From NCBI GenBank assembly GCA_964495205.1, contig CAZBUZ010000001.1:1-52528 (forward strand): a stretch of 52,528 bases of DNA. The letters run 5' to 3'. Positions 10,291 to 18,663 of the stretch are shown in pieces. Position 1 is the first letter of the stretch. Each line of letters opens with the position of its first letter. The notes beneath the pieces are model-generated. The model saw nothing but the letters and a program-made list of their open reading frames with translations. It did not search any database and was not told where the DNA came from. The position numbers and the translations under genes are program-made. This stretch comes from an uncultured Pseudomonadota bacterium. GTDB lineage: Bacteria > Babelota > Babeliae > Babelales > RVW-14.

Positions 10291-12207
10291 ATGTGTGGGA
10301 TTGTTGCGTACGTAGGCGAAAGACAATGTCGGCAATTTGTTTTAGATGGATTGTCGCGACTTGAATATCGTGGTTATGATTCGGCCGGTTTTGCGTGTAT
10401 TGATTCTCGTCACAAGCATTTGAGTTATCACAAGGAAGCCGGTGGCGTTGATCTTGTCAAGAAGTTGACGAGGGCGGTTGCGTTTGATGGTGCCGTTGGT
10501 ATTGGGCATACGCGATGGGCAACTCATGGTGTTGTAGACCAGCGTAATGCGCATCCACATTTTAATTGCAAAAAATCAATAGCGGTTGTTCATAATGGCA
10601 TCATTGAGGGATTTGAGGCGTTGCGTGAGCAGCTTACGCAAGAGGGCCATGATTTTTATTCTTCAACTGATACGGAAGTTGCCGCTCATTTATTCAGTTC
10701 TTTATTAACAAGCCATAAAAGCTTGAAGTCGGCGATGTTGGCTTTGTCTAAGAGGCTTCAAGGTGCTTATGCATTAGTGTTTTTGCTTGAAGACTACCCT
10801 GATCTGCTTGTTGTTTTGCGTTGTAAATCGCCATTGGTTGCCGGCTTGGGAAATAATGAAGTGTTTGTTGCTTCTGATTTTCTTGCTTTTTCAGACAAGA
10901 CGAATCAGGTTGTTTTTATACCTGATGAAAGTTGCGCTATTGTAAAAAAAGATGCAATTGAGATCTTCGATTTTGCTGGGAATTCACTTACCGTTGCTCC
11001 GCAAACTATCAATGCTACTTATGCTACGGTGGACAAGCAAGGATTCGAGCATTTCATGCTCAAGGAGATTTACGAGCAAAAACGTGCTATTGTGCGTACT
11101 ATTTCTTTTTTTAATATGATTGGTAGCACAAACGAAAACCTATCTGAAAAAGTATTTGATCCCATCCAGACGCTACAAAATCCTCTTGAATACAATGATC
11201 GTATTTGGCGACAATTAGGCGTTACTCAGACTCAAGTTCGTGAACTCAGGTCGTTGAACTTAGTTGCCGCGGGAACATCATGGCACGCTGCTCGAATTGG
11301 ACAGTTTTTCTTTGAGTCGATAGCAAAAGTGCCCACTCGCGTTCATCTTGCTTCAGAGTTTCGCTATATGCCTTTTTTTGTCGATGAAAAAGCTTTTTAC
11401 ATCATGATTTCGCAATCAGGCGAGACCGCTGATACGCTTGAAGCGCTTCGTTTAGTTAATTCTTTTGATATGCAAACTATTGCGCTTACAAATGTTGCTT
11501 CTAGCACCATTGTGCGCGAGGCTTCTGGATTTTTGCCTATGCAGGCAGGACCAGAAATATCGGTTGCTGCTACGAAAACTTTTTCAAGCCAGGTATCATC
11601 CTTTTTTTGGCTCGCTAATCGAGTTGCATACGAGCGGGGTGTTATCTCTGCAGAGCAGCTTCATCGTGCAGAAGAAGATTTATATGTTGCTGCAGAAATT
11701 CTTGAGACAACGATCGAGACTCATAAGCTTCACATCATTCAAGAAGTTGCACCTCGTTATGCCAAATTTGACCGTTTTATCTTTTTAGGCAGACATGTAA
11801 GCTATCCATTTGCGTTAGAGGCCTCGCTCAAGCTGAAGGAGATATCGTACATTTTTGCGCAATGTTATCCAGCGGGTGAGCTTAAGCATGGTCCGATTGC
11901 ATTAATTGATGATCGAACTCCTGTGATTATTTTTTCAGTTCTCGATGAGCTTATTTACCATAAATTAGTATCAAACGCTCATGAAATTAAATCGCGTAAA
12001 GGGCGGCTCATTGTGTTTGCTTTTGAAGGCCAAAAGGAGCTGATTAACCTTGCCGATGTTGCTTTTGTTATTCCTCATGTAATGCCTTTACTTGCTCCTC
12101 TTGCTATGACTGGTGTTATGCAGTTTTTTGTGTATCAGGTTGCCAAAGAACTTAATAGACAGCCGGATCGACCGCGTAATTTAGCAAAATCTGTTACCGT
12201 TGAATAA
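10291..12207 (+). CDS. glmS: glutamine--fructose-6-phosphate aminotransferase
   Basis: 638 aa. It starts MCGIVAY (Ntn Cys), has two SIS domains (SQSGETADT) and ends in VTVE. Confidence 0.95.
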   Translation: MCGIVAYVGERQCRQFVLDGLSRLEYRGYDSAGFACIDSRHKHLSYHKEAGGVDLVKKLTRAVAFDGAVGIGHTRWATHGVVDQRNAHPHFNCKKSIAVVHNGIIEGFEALREQLTQEGHDFYSSTDTEVAAHLFSSLLTSHKSLKSAMLALSKRLQGAYALVFLLEDYPDLLVVLRCKSPLVAGLGNNEVFVASDFLAFSDKTNQVVFIPDESCAIVKKDAIEIFDFAGNSLTVAPQTINATYATVDKQGFEHFMLKEIYEQKRAIVRTISFFNMIGSTNENLSEKVFDPIQTLQNPLEYNDRIWRQLGVTQTQVRELRSLNLVAAGTSWHAARIGQFFFESIAKVPTRVHLASEFRYMPFFVDEKAFYIMISQSGETADTLEALRLVNSFDMQTIALTNVASSTIVREASGFLPMQAGPEISVAATKTFSSQVSSFFWLANRVAYERGVISAEQLHRAEEDLYVAAEILETTIETHKLHIIQEVAPRYAKFDRFIFLGRHVSYPFALEASLKLKEISYIFAQCYPAGELKHGPIALIDDRTPVIIFSVLDELIYHKLVSNAHEIKSRKGRLIVFAFEGQKELINLADVAFVIPHVMPLLAPLAMTGVMQFFVYQVAKELNRQPDRPRNLAKSVTVE

Positions 12208-12212
12208 AAAAA

Positions 12213-12256
12213 GGATCTCCTTGCCTAAGGGCAAAGAGATCCCTGTTTTGTTATTT
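12213..12256. terminator. Rho-independent, probably bidirectional, terminator between glmS and a convergent small ORF
   Basis: A 13-bp stem with one mismatch (GGATCTCCTTGCC / GGCAAAGAGATCC), a 4-nt loop and a following T-rich tract (CTGTTTTGTTATTTTT). An A-run lies upstream. Confidence 0.65.
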
Positions 12257-12258
12257 TT

Positions 12259-12357
12259 CTAATGCAATATCGAAACAATTTGTGGAACATACGCGGTAGC
12301 GGCGCCAAGTAGCAACCCCAGAAGAAACATTAAGACGACGGTTACTTTAATACCCAT
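12259..12357 (-). CDS. candidate 32-aa hydrophobic small membrane protein
   Basis: My translation is MGIKVTVVLMFLLGLLLGAATAYVPQIVSILH. A very strong SD (AAGGGAGGGGG) sits immediately upstream of the ATG, and the ORF ends just before the hairpin at 12213-12242. It is below the 60-aa cutoff of the ORF track. Confidence 0.35.
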   Translation of the reverse strand: MGIKVTVVLMFLLGLLLGAATAYVPQIVSILH

Positions 12358-12581
12358 ACCCCCTCCCTTATTTTATTTTTTTCTTGTTCCGTCTCTATGT
12401 TAAGTCTATTGTTTTCAATTCTCATTTGTAAATAATAATTGGCGATTACTGGATTTGTTGTGCTATTGGGTCGAAGCCTAGTTGTGTTTTTGTGGATGTT
12501 GATAAAATTGCAAAAATAAAAGATTTTAAGTAAAGTTTTAAAAAGCATAATGATAACATTTAAAAATCCCAGGAGTCGTGC

Positions 12582-14006
12582 ATGGAATTAGCTCTCTTAA
12601 TGGCTTTTATCGCTTATTTTTCGATTATTTTGATAATAGGTCTTGTTGCTTATCGTAAGACTCAAAAAACAGCTGATTTTACCCTTGGCAACCGCTCTCT
12701 TAGTTACTGGGTTACTGCTCTTGCCGCTCATGCAAGTGAAACAAGCAGCTGGCTTTTTATGGCTTTACCGGCAGCTATTTATTCCAGGGGGCTTGTTGAG
12801 GCTTGGACCGCGATAGGTCTTACCTTTTTTATGTTTTTAAATTGGCGACTTGTGGCTCCCAAGCTTCGAGCATTAACGGAACGGTTGCACAGTGTTACCC
12901 TTTCGTCTTTTTTTGAAAAACGCTTTCAAGACCAGTCTGGGCTTTTGCGTATCGTGAGTGCTCTTTTTTGCCTACTGTACTTTATGTTTTATATTTCGGC
13001 CGGGTTGGTTGCTATGGGGATACTCTTTGAATCAATTTTTAGCTTAAACTATGTTATTGGCATTTTGTTGGGTGCCGTTATTGTTTTTTGTACCTTGTTG
13101 GGTGGTTATCTTTCCATTTCGTGGATCGATTTTTTTCAGGGATTATTTTTATTGGCGATTATCATTATCGTTCCTATTTTTGCTTTTGGCAGAATCGATG
13201 GTTTTATGAGTATCATAGAGGCTGCTCATGCTGGAAATGTTTCACTGAATTTTTTCCCTGTCAATTCATGGATTGGACTTAAAGAGATAATTTTTACCTC
13301 TATGGGATGGGGATTGGGCTATTTTGGTCAACCACAGGTCCTTACGAAGTTTATGGGAATTAACGATGTTACTGAAATGCGCAAAGCTCAATGGGTGGGG
13401 ATTGGCTGGCAAACTTTATCGTATTGTGCTGCAATCTGTGTTGGTCTTATTGGAATTGTTCTTTTTAAAGGTGGCTTAGTTGATAAACAGCTTATTTTTG
13501 TTGATATGGTTAAAACGATGTTTCCTCAATTTATTGCGGGCTTTGTATTATGTGCTGTCATTGCTGCTGCAATTAATGTCATGAGTGCCCAGGTTTTGGT
13601 CTCTGCTTCGGTGATAGCGGAAGATTTTTACCGAAAATCGTTGAATATTCATGATCCGTACACCAAAAAAAAAATAGCCTATGTTTCTCGTTTGAGTGTT
13701 TTTTGTCTTTGTCTTTTGGCTGGTTTTGTTGCTTTTTTCAGCCGCAACAAAACAATCTATGAATTGGTTTTTTATGCGTGGACTGGGCTTGGATGTTCTT
13801 TTGGGCCTCTTATTTTGGTTTCTTTGCATACAAAGATGAATAATAAATATGCGGCGCTTGCAGGGATAATTGTTGGTGGAGCTACGGCGGGTCTTTGGCC
13901 ATTTCTAAATACGACCATTCCGGCTATGCTCATTGGATTTGCCGCTAGCTTAGCTGCTATTGGTTTGATAAATTTATGTGTTCAGCAGACGCGAAAAGTG
14001 AGTTAG
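12582..14006 (+). CDS. sodium:solute symporter family transporter (PutP-like)
   Basis: 474 aa with about 12-13 predicted TM segments. The N-terminus and the GGYLSISWIDFFQG region resemble SSS-family members such as PutP and PanF. The substrate was not determined. Confidence 0.75.
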   Translation: MELALLMAFIAYFSIILIIGLVAYRKTQKTADFTLGNRSLSYWVTALAAHASETSSWLFMALPAAIYSRGLVEAWTAIGLTFFMFLNWRLVAPKLRALTERLHSVTLSSFFEKRFQDQSGLLRIVSALFCLLYFMFYISAGLVAMGILFESIFSLNYVIGILLGAVIVFCTLLGGYLSISWIDFFQGLFLLAIIIIVPIFAFGRIDGFMSIIEAAHAGNVSLNFFPVNSWIGLKEIIFTSMGWGLGYFGQPQVLTKFMGINDVTEMRKAQWVGIGWQTLSYCAAICVGLIGIVLFKGGLVDKQLIFVDMVKTMFPQFIAGFVLCAVIAAAINVMSAQVLVSASVIAEDFYRKSLNIHDPYTKKKIAYVSRLSVFCLCLLAGFVAFFSRNKTIYELVFYAWTGLGCSFGPLILVSLHTKMNNKYAALAGIIVGGATAGLWPFLNTTIPAMLIGFAASLAAIGLINLCVQQTRKVS

Positions 14007-15383
14007 CTAAGCGTCAGGAAAGAATTGTAAAAGTTCATAAACGGAACCGAACCCCATGAGATTGCATGATGTTTTGACTTGTTGGGTTTTTGCAACTAAA
14101 GCGTGCTCCAGACCGAATTTTTCAACCTCGCGGATGCACATACCGATTTGATTTGCTGGTTTTACTTGTCCGGTCAAGCTGATCTCGCCAATGGCTACTG
14201 ATTTTGGTGGAAGTGGCGCCTGGAAGTAACTCGACAGCAGCGCCAAGGCTATGCCGAGATCAGAAGAACTTTCTTTGATTTTGAATCCGCCGCTCACTTT
14301 AAAAAAGATGTCTTGAGAACTAAACCTTATGTGGAGATATTTTTCAAGAATGGCGGCGATAAGCACGACACGCTTGGGGTCAAGTCCGGTTACCACACGT
14401 TGGGGCATCCCAAACTTTGAATCAACGCACAATGCCTGCAGTTCCAATAAAAGCGGCCGAGAACCCTCAACGGAACTCACAAGTACAGACCCTGGGCTAA
14501 CGGAGACCTCGCTGAGTAGTTGTTGATTGATGTTGGCAATTTCAACCATGCCCTCTTCTTGCATTTCAAAAAAACCAACCTCATTGATTGCGCCAAAACG
14601 ATTTTTTACCGATCGCAGGATCCTTGTTTGCCAGCGATCTTCCCCTTGTAAGTAAAACACGGCGTCAACCATATGCTCAAGAACTTTTGGTCCGGCCATC
14701 TGTCCTTCTTTGGTTATGTGCCCCGTTACTAAGACTGCTATTTTATTGGTTTTGGCAAATCGCATGAGTAAGAACGCTGCTTCGCGTAATTGCGCTATAG
14801 TTCCAGGAAACAACTGAGATTGAAGAGAAAGATAACAATTTTGAATCGAATCCAAAATTACCAAGTCAGGTTTAACTGAGTCACAGGTGCTTACTATGCT
14901 TTCTAGGCAGGCTTGATCAGAAAATACCACCTGAGAGTGATTAAGGCTTAGTCGCAGTGCGCGGCCTTTTACCTGCTGCAATGATTCTTCGGATGAAAAA
15001 TAGGCAACCTTGTGCCCTTGGCTGGCGATTTTGTCTGCAACCTGCAGCAGGAGGGTTGATTTACCGATGCCTGGATCCCCCGTTAAAATGACGAATGATC
15101 CGGGAAGTATACCGCCGCCGAGTACGCGATCCCATTCTTTAACGCCAGAAAGCATTCGCTGTTGAGTCTCTATGTTTATGTCATCGAGGCTGCTTAAGGT
15201 GAGTGTTGCTGTGGTTTGGCAAGATCCGCCCAAGCCGCTTGTTTTTGTTTTAAATGAAGGCAGATTTACCGGCTGATGTTCAACAAAACTATTCCATTCA
15301 CTGCAGGTTGGGCAACACCCCAGCCATTTAATGCTTTCGTATGAACAATTTGAACAACGAAATGATATTCTTTGTTTAGCCAC
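14007..15383 (-). CDS. radA: DNA repair protein RadA/Sms
   Basis: 458 aa. It has an N-terminal C4 finger (CSNCSYESIKWLGCCPTC), Walker A GDPGIGKST, a KNRFG motif and a Lon-protease-like C-terminal domain. Confidence 0.93.
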   Translation of the reverse strand: MAKQRISFRCSNCSYESIKWLGCCPTCSEWNSFVEHQPVNLPSFKTKTSGLGGSCQTTATLTLSSLDDINIETQQRMLSGVKEWDRVLGGGILPGSFVILTGDPGIGKSTLLLQVADKIASQGHKVAYFSSEESLQQVKGRALRLSLNHSQVVFSDQACLESIVSTCDSVKPDLVILDSIQNCYLSLQSQLFPGTIAQLREAAFLLMRFAKTNKIAVLVTGHITKEGQMAGPKVLEHMVDAVFYLQGEDRWQTRILRSVKNRFGAINEVGFFEMQEEGMVEIANINQQLLSEVSVSPGSVLVSSVEGSRPLLLELQALCVDSKFGMPQRVVTGLDPKRVVLIAAILEKYLHIRFSSQDIFFKVSGGFKIKESSSDLGIALALLSSYFQAPLPPKSVAIGEISLTGQVKPANQIGMCIREVEKFGLEHALVAKTQQVKTSCNLMGFGSVYELLQFFPDA

Positions 15384-15386
15384 AAA

Positions 15387-16046
15387 TTATTCCGATAAAC
15401 TTTGTTTCCAACCAACCGCAGCCTGTGTGAATGCCATGATTTTCGCAGGCTTGTCGATCGAAAAGCAATTGCGGCAACGGGCTTCATAGCACTCAGATGC
15501 GCCAATAAGAATCAACGGATCATCATATCCGGCGGGCTTGTTATTGACCAAGCGCTGGCTATGATGTGCCTCGCGACCACACATGGTACAAATCGCCTTA
15601 AGTTTGGTAACCTCATCGGCGATTGCCATAAGTACAGGCATGATACCAAAGGGTTCTCCGCGGAAATCAAGGTCAAGTCCGGCAACAATAACACGCTTGC
15701 CGCGCTCAACGAGTGTGCAGATGACTTCGACAATCTCCGATGAAAAAAATTGAACCTCATCAATGCCGACAACGGAAATATCATCTGTTGCCATTTCAAG
15801 AATTTTTTCAATACCCAAGGCGTTATCACCAACCATAAAAGCAAAGCGTTCGCGGCCTTGGTGTGTGGTAAGGCTTGCTGGCATAACGCTACGTCGCTTG
15901 TCCAGATGATGTTTTAATGCGAGTACTTGTTGTTTGGCGTATTCTGCGCGTCTCAGGCGCCTGATAAGTTCTTCTGTTTTTCCTGAAAACATTGAGCCGC
16001 AGACAACTTCGAGTCGTCCTTTTCCTACCGATTTTTCATGTGCCAT
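15387..16046 (-). CDS. tdk: thymidine kinase
   Basis: 219 aa with Walker A GSMFSGKTEEL and C-terminal Zn-binding cysteines (CTMCG ... CYEARCRNC). Confidence 0.9.
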   Translation of the reverse strand: MAHEKSVGKGRLEVVCGSMFSGKTEELIRRLRRAEYAKQQVLALKHHLDKRRSVMPASLTTHQGRERFAFMVGDNALGIEKILEMATDDISVVGIDEVQFFSSEIVEVICTLVERGKRVIVAGLDLDFRGEPFGIMPVLMAIADEVTKLKAICTMCGREAHHSQRLVNNKPAGYDDPLILIGASECYEARCRNCFSIDKPAKIMAFTQAAVGWKQSLSE

Positions 16047-16169
16047 GATATCTCCCCTAATGAGGTCTTATTGATTTGCACGTATGCGTTCAGGGGTACA
16101 GTATACCAAGCTTTGCACGTTCCTCATACTTTGTGTGCAAATTATTCAGTAGCCCCTTTAGATGAGCGT

Positions 16170-17630
16170 TTAATGACTTGTTCCTGGTGTGACCGGAGCT
16201 GCTGGGGCGGAGCTTGGCGCTGTTGTTGCAGATGGTGGTGTCGGTGGCGCTTGGTTTCCCCTGACGCGGTGATAGGTATTAATGGGATGGCGAACCGCTC
16301 GGCAAAAACCGCTGACACCTCTGCCGATATAGCCCATTAGTCTACCTGTAGCATCAATTGGATGTCCTCCGATGACTCCTGCTCTTAACTCGCTGCCTAG
16401 TCGTTGAGCTAAAAGATCAGTGTCAGGGTTTGGTTGTCCATTACCCTCGCGGGCCAAGCCATGAATCATACGATTACCGATCCTTTCTGCCAAAAGATCG
16501 GTGTCTGGGTTTGCTTGACCACCGCTATCGCGGGCCATGCCGCGGACGATGCCATTACCAATTCTTTGTGCAAGAAGATCGGTATCAGGGTTTGGCTGGC
16601 CATCATGGTTTTCGCGAGCTAATCCATTAACAATGCCACGGCCAAGATTCTGAGCAAGAAGGGATGAGTCTGGATTTGGTTGGCCACCGTTATCACGAGC
16701 CATGCCAGCTATGAAATCTCGACCAAACTGTTCACCGAGTTTTTGGTTTTTAATCTCTGTTACCATTCCTTCTGCCATGCCTTTACCTATTGTTTTGAAG
16801 CCGTCTTCAAGTTGTTTGGCCAAATTGCTAAACCAATCTTTAATTGATCCAGAATTTTGGTAGACAACAAAAACCAGCGCGATAATTGCTCCAACAATAA
16901 TTATTGTTATTACGACGCGTTTTACAATGGATGGTTTTACGAGAGGTTCTTTGGTGATGTGTGTCTGTAGGGTTTGGATAAAATTCTTGATAAGATCATC
17001 AGTAATTGGTTTTTCAAAAAGACTGGCATTAATAGCGAAAAGCTCATCTTCGATTTTATGTAAGGTATACGCCATAGCCTCTCTTTTTTTGTCATATGAT
17101 TGTTGTGTAGCATTAATCATGAAAATCAAAAGGATCATTTTTGAAAGAATCGCCCTAAAGGGAGCTCTTGTGCCATAAGGCGTTACAATTTTGCTTTTGT
17201 AAATATCCTTGAGCATGTGCAGGAGGGTGCTGTTTTGGTTTTTTTGTGCATCAACTTTACAAATGATGCGGTAAAACTCTAAGTACAGATATTTGCTTAA
17301 TTTTTTCAACAGATAATAACTATCACGATCTTCGCGTTTATTAAGCCAGTCGATGAGATAGAGAAAAATCTCCCCTTCTTGTGCAATTTTTTCATCAATT
17401 TTGGTGTTGATGATTAGGTTGTTGTTGTAATATGTATCAAAGAATCCCTGTTTTACCAGTTCATAATAGATTTCTTCAAATGATTCGCGAGCATGACTGA
17501 TGCGGCTATCCAATGTAGAAAGTAATGTTTTAGTGTTGGCGTGTGCTGCAGCAGCATGATGACTACTAAAGCAGAAAACGAGGTTCAAAACTACTACCCA
17601 CCCTATTCTCCAGGCAATTTGTTTAATCAT
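16170..17630 (-). CDS. secreted/membrane protein with 27-28-aa tandem repeats and a Pro-rich tail, no recognisable family
   Basis: 486 aa. It has a signal-like N-terminus (WRIGWVVVLNLVFCFSSHHAAAA) and a mid-protein TM (VVITIIIVGAIIALVFVVY). Four repeats of consensus LGxGIVxGxARxxxGQPNPDTDLLAQR follow, and the C-terminus is APPTPPSATTAPSSAPAAPVTPGTSH. Confidence 0.65.
   Translation of the reverse strand: MIKQIAWRIGWVVVLNLVFCFSSHHAAAAHANTKTLLSTLDSRISHARESFEEIYYELVKQGFFDTYYNNNLIINTKIDEKIAQEGEIFLYLIDWLNKREDRDSYYLLKKLSKYLYLEFYRIICKVDAQKNQNSTLLHMLKDIYKSKIVTPYGTRAPFRAILSKMILLIFMINATQQSYDKKREAMAYTLHKIEDELFAINASLFEKPITDDLIKNFIQTLQTHITKEPLVKPSIVKRVVITIIIVGAIIALVFVVYQNSGSIKDWFSNLAKQLEDGFKTIGKGMAEGMVTEIKNQKLGEQFGRDFIAGMARDNGGQPNPDSSLLAQNLGRGIVNGLARENHDGQPNPDTDLLAQRIGNGIVRGMARDSGGQANPDTDLLAERIGNRMIHGLAREGNGQPNPDTDLLAQRLGSELRAGVIGGHPIDATGRLMGYIGRGVSGFCRAVRHPINTYHRVRGNQAPPTPPSATTAPSSAPAAPVTPGTSH
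16408..16739 (-). repeat. in-frame tandem repeat, about four copies of an 81-84-nt unit, inside CDS 16170..17630
   Basis: The DNA periodicity is visible, for example in CAAAAGATCGGTGTCTGGGTTTG, CAAGAAGATCGGTATCAGGGTTTGG and CTAAAAGATCAGTGTCAGGGTTTGG. It encodes the GQPNPDTDLLAQR-containing repeats. Confidence 0.8.
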
Positions 17631-17781
17631 GACGATGCGTCCCCTTTGTGTTTAACTATAAGCCTTAAAGCAAAAGGCAAGACCAGTTTATCTGACTAGC
17701 TTGCAATGTCAAAAAAGAAAGCTTAATAGTTGCTTTTTGGGGGTAAAAAGATGTTGTTGTTCGTGAGAACTATTCAAATTG

Positions 17782-18549
17782 TTATAATTTTTGCATGACT
17801 GCGTATTGTTCTGCCTGTTCAAGATCTTGTGGGGTATCGATGCCTTTAACTTCGCGATCAGTTTCATGGACGCGTACTGTTAATCCATGTTGTAGCCATC
17901 GGAGCTGTTCTAACTTTTCAGCGTCTTCAAGATAGCTTGTTCCCATCGTATTAATTTTTTCTAATGCCTGAGTTGAAAAGGCGTAGAGCCCAACGTGTTT
18001 GTAGAAAATGTTTTTTTGTACATCCAAGAAACCGCCGTTGAGGTCTCGATAGAAGGGGATTGGACTGCGAGAAAAGTAGAGAGCATGCCCATGAGCGTCG
18101 CATACTACTTTGGCGATATTTGCGCTGGTTACTTGCTCTGGATCTGTTATGCGTTTTTTGAGCGTCCAAATGTCAGCGCTGTCTTGATGACATGTTTGCA
18201 GCAAGCTTGTTATCATATCGGCTGTGATGAAAGGCTCATCCCCTTGCCAGTTTACCCAAATGTCGGCAGTCGCATGTTGTGTTTTCATGACTTGAACAAG
18301 CCGATCGGTGCCGCTGGCGCATTGTTCTGATGTCATAACGTACGAGCCGCCAAACTGTTCAATAACTTGAGCGATCTCTGGTGCGTCGATGGCAAAAAGA
18401 ACCTCAGAGAACTGAGGAGCTTTGGTTGCAGCTTCCCAAACCCATTGCAGCAAGGGTTTGCCAGCTATAGATGCTAACATTTTACCTGGAAATCTTGTTG
18501 CTTTTAATCGTGCCGGAATGACACAAGCAATTTTAGTTGATTTTTGCAT
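17782..18549 (-). CDS. kdsB: 3-deoxy-manno-octulosonate cytidylyltransferase (CMP-Kdo synthetase)
   Basis: 255 aa with the N-terminal IPARLKATRFPGKML motif and WVNWQGDEP. Confidence 0.88.
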   Translation of the reverse strand: MQKSTKIACVIPARLKATRFPGKMLASIAGKPLLQWVWEAATKAPQFSEVLFAIDAPEIAQVIEQFGGSYVMTSEQCASGTDRLVQVMKTQHATADIWVNWQGDEPFITADMITSLLQTCHQDSADIWTLKKRITDPEQVTSANIAKVVCDAHGHALYFSRSPIPFYRDLNGGFLDVQKNIFYKHVGLYAFSTQALEKINTMGTSYLEDAEKLEQLRWLQHGLTVRVHETDREVKGIDTPQDLEQAEQYAVMQKL

Positions 18550-18663
18550 ACGAGCCCCGTTTAAATCCTATATTTTTGTTTTAATTAATCCATTTTATTG
18601 ATAATATCAGCATAGTTTTAAAAAAATCTTAAAAAATGACAAGTATTATTTTTGGGAGAATGC

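Noticed and set aside
12342-12548. A 68-aa minus-strand ORF in the glmS-symporter intergenic region
   Set aside because: It is an AT-rich low-complexity translation with no RBS, and it overlaps the start and SD of the more plausible 32-aa ORF in another frame.
16408-16739. A tandem DNA repeat that could be mistaken for a CRISPR-like or satellite array
   Set aside because: The units are contiguous with no spacers, are 81-84 nt long, and are in frame within a long ORF encoding a coherent peptide repeat. This is a coding repeat, not a CRISPR array.
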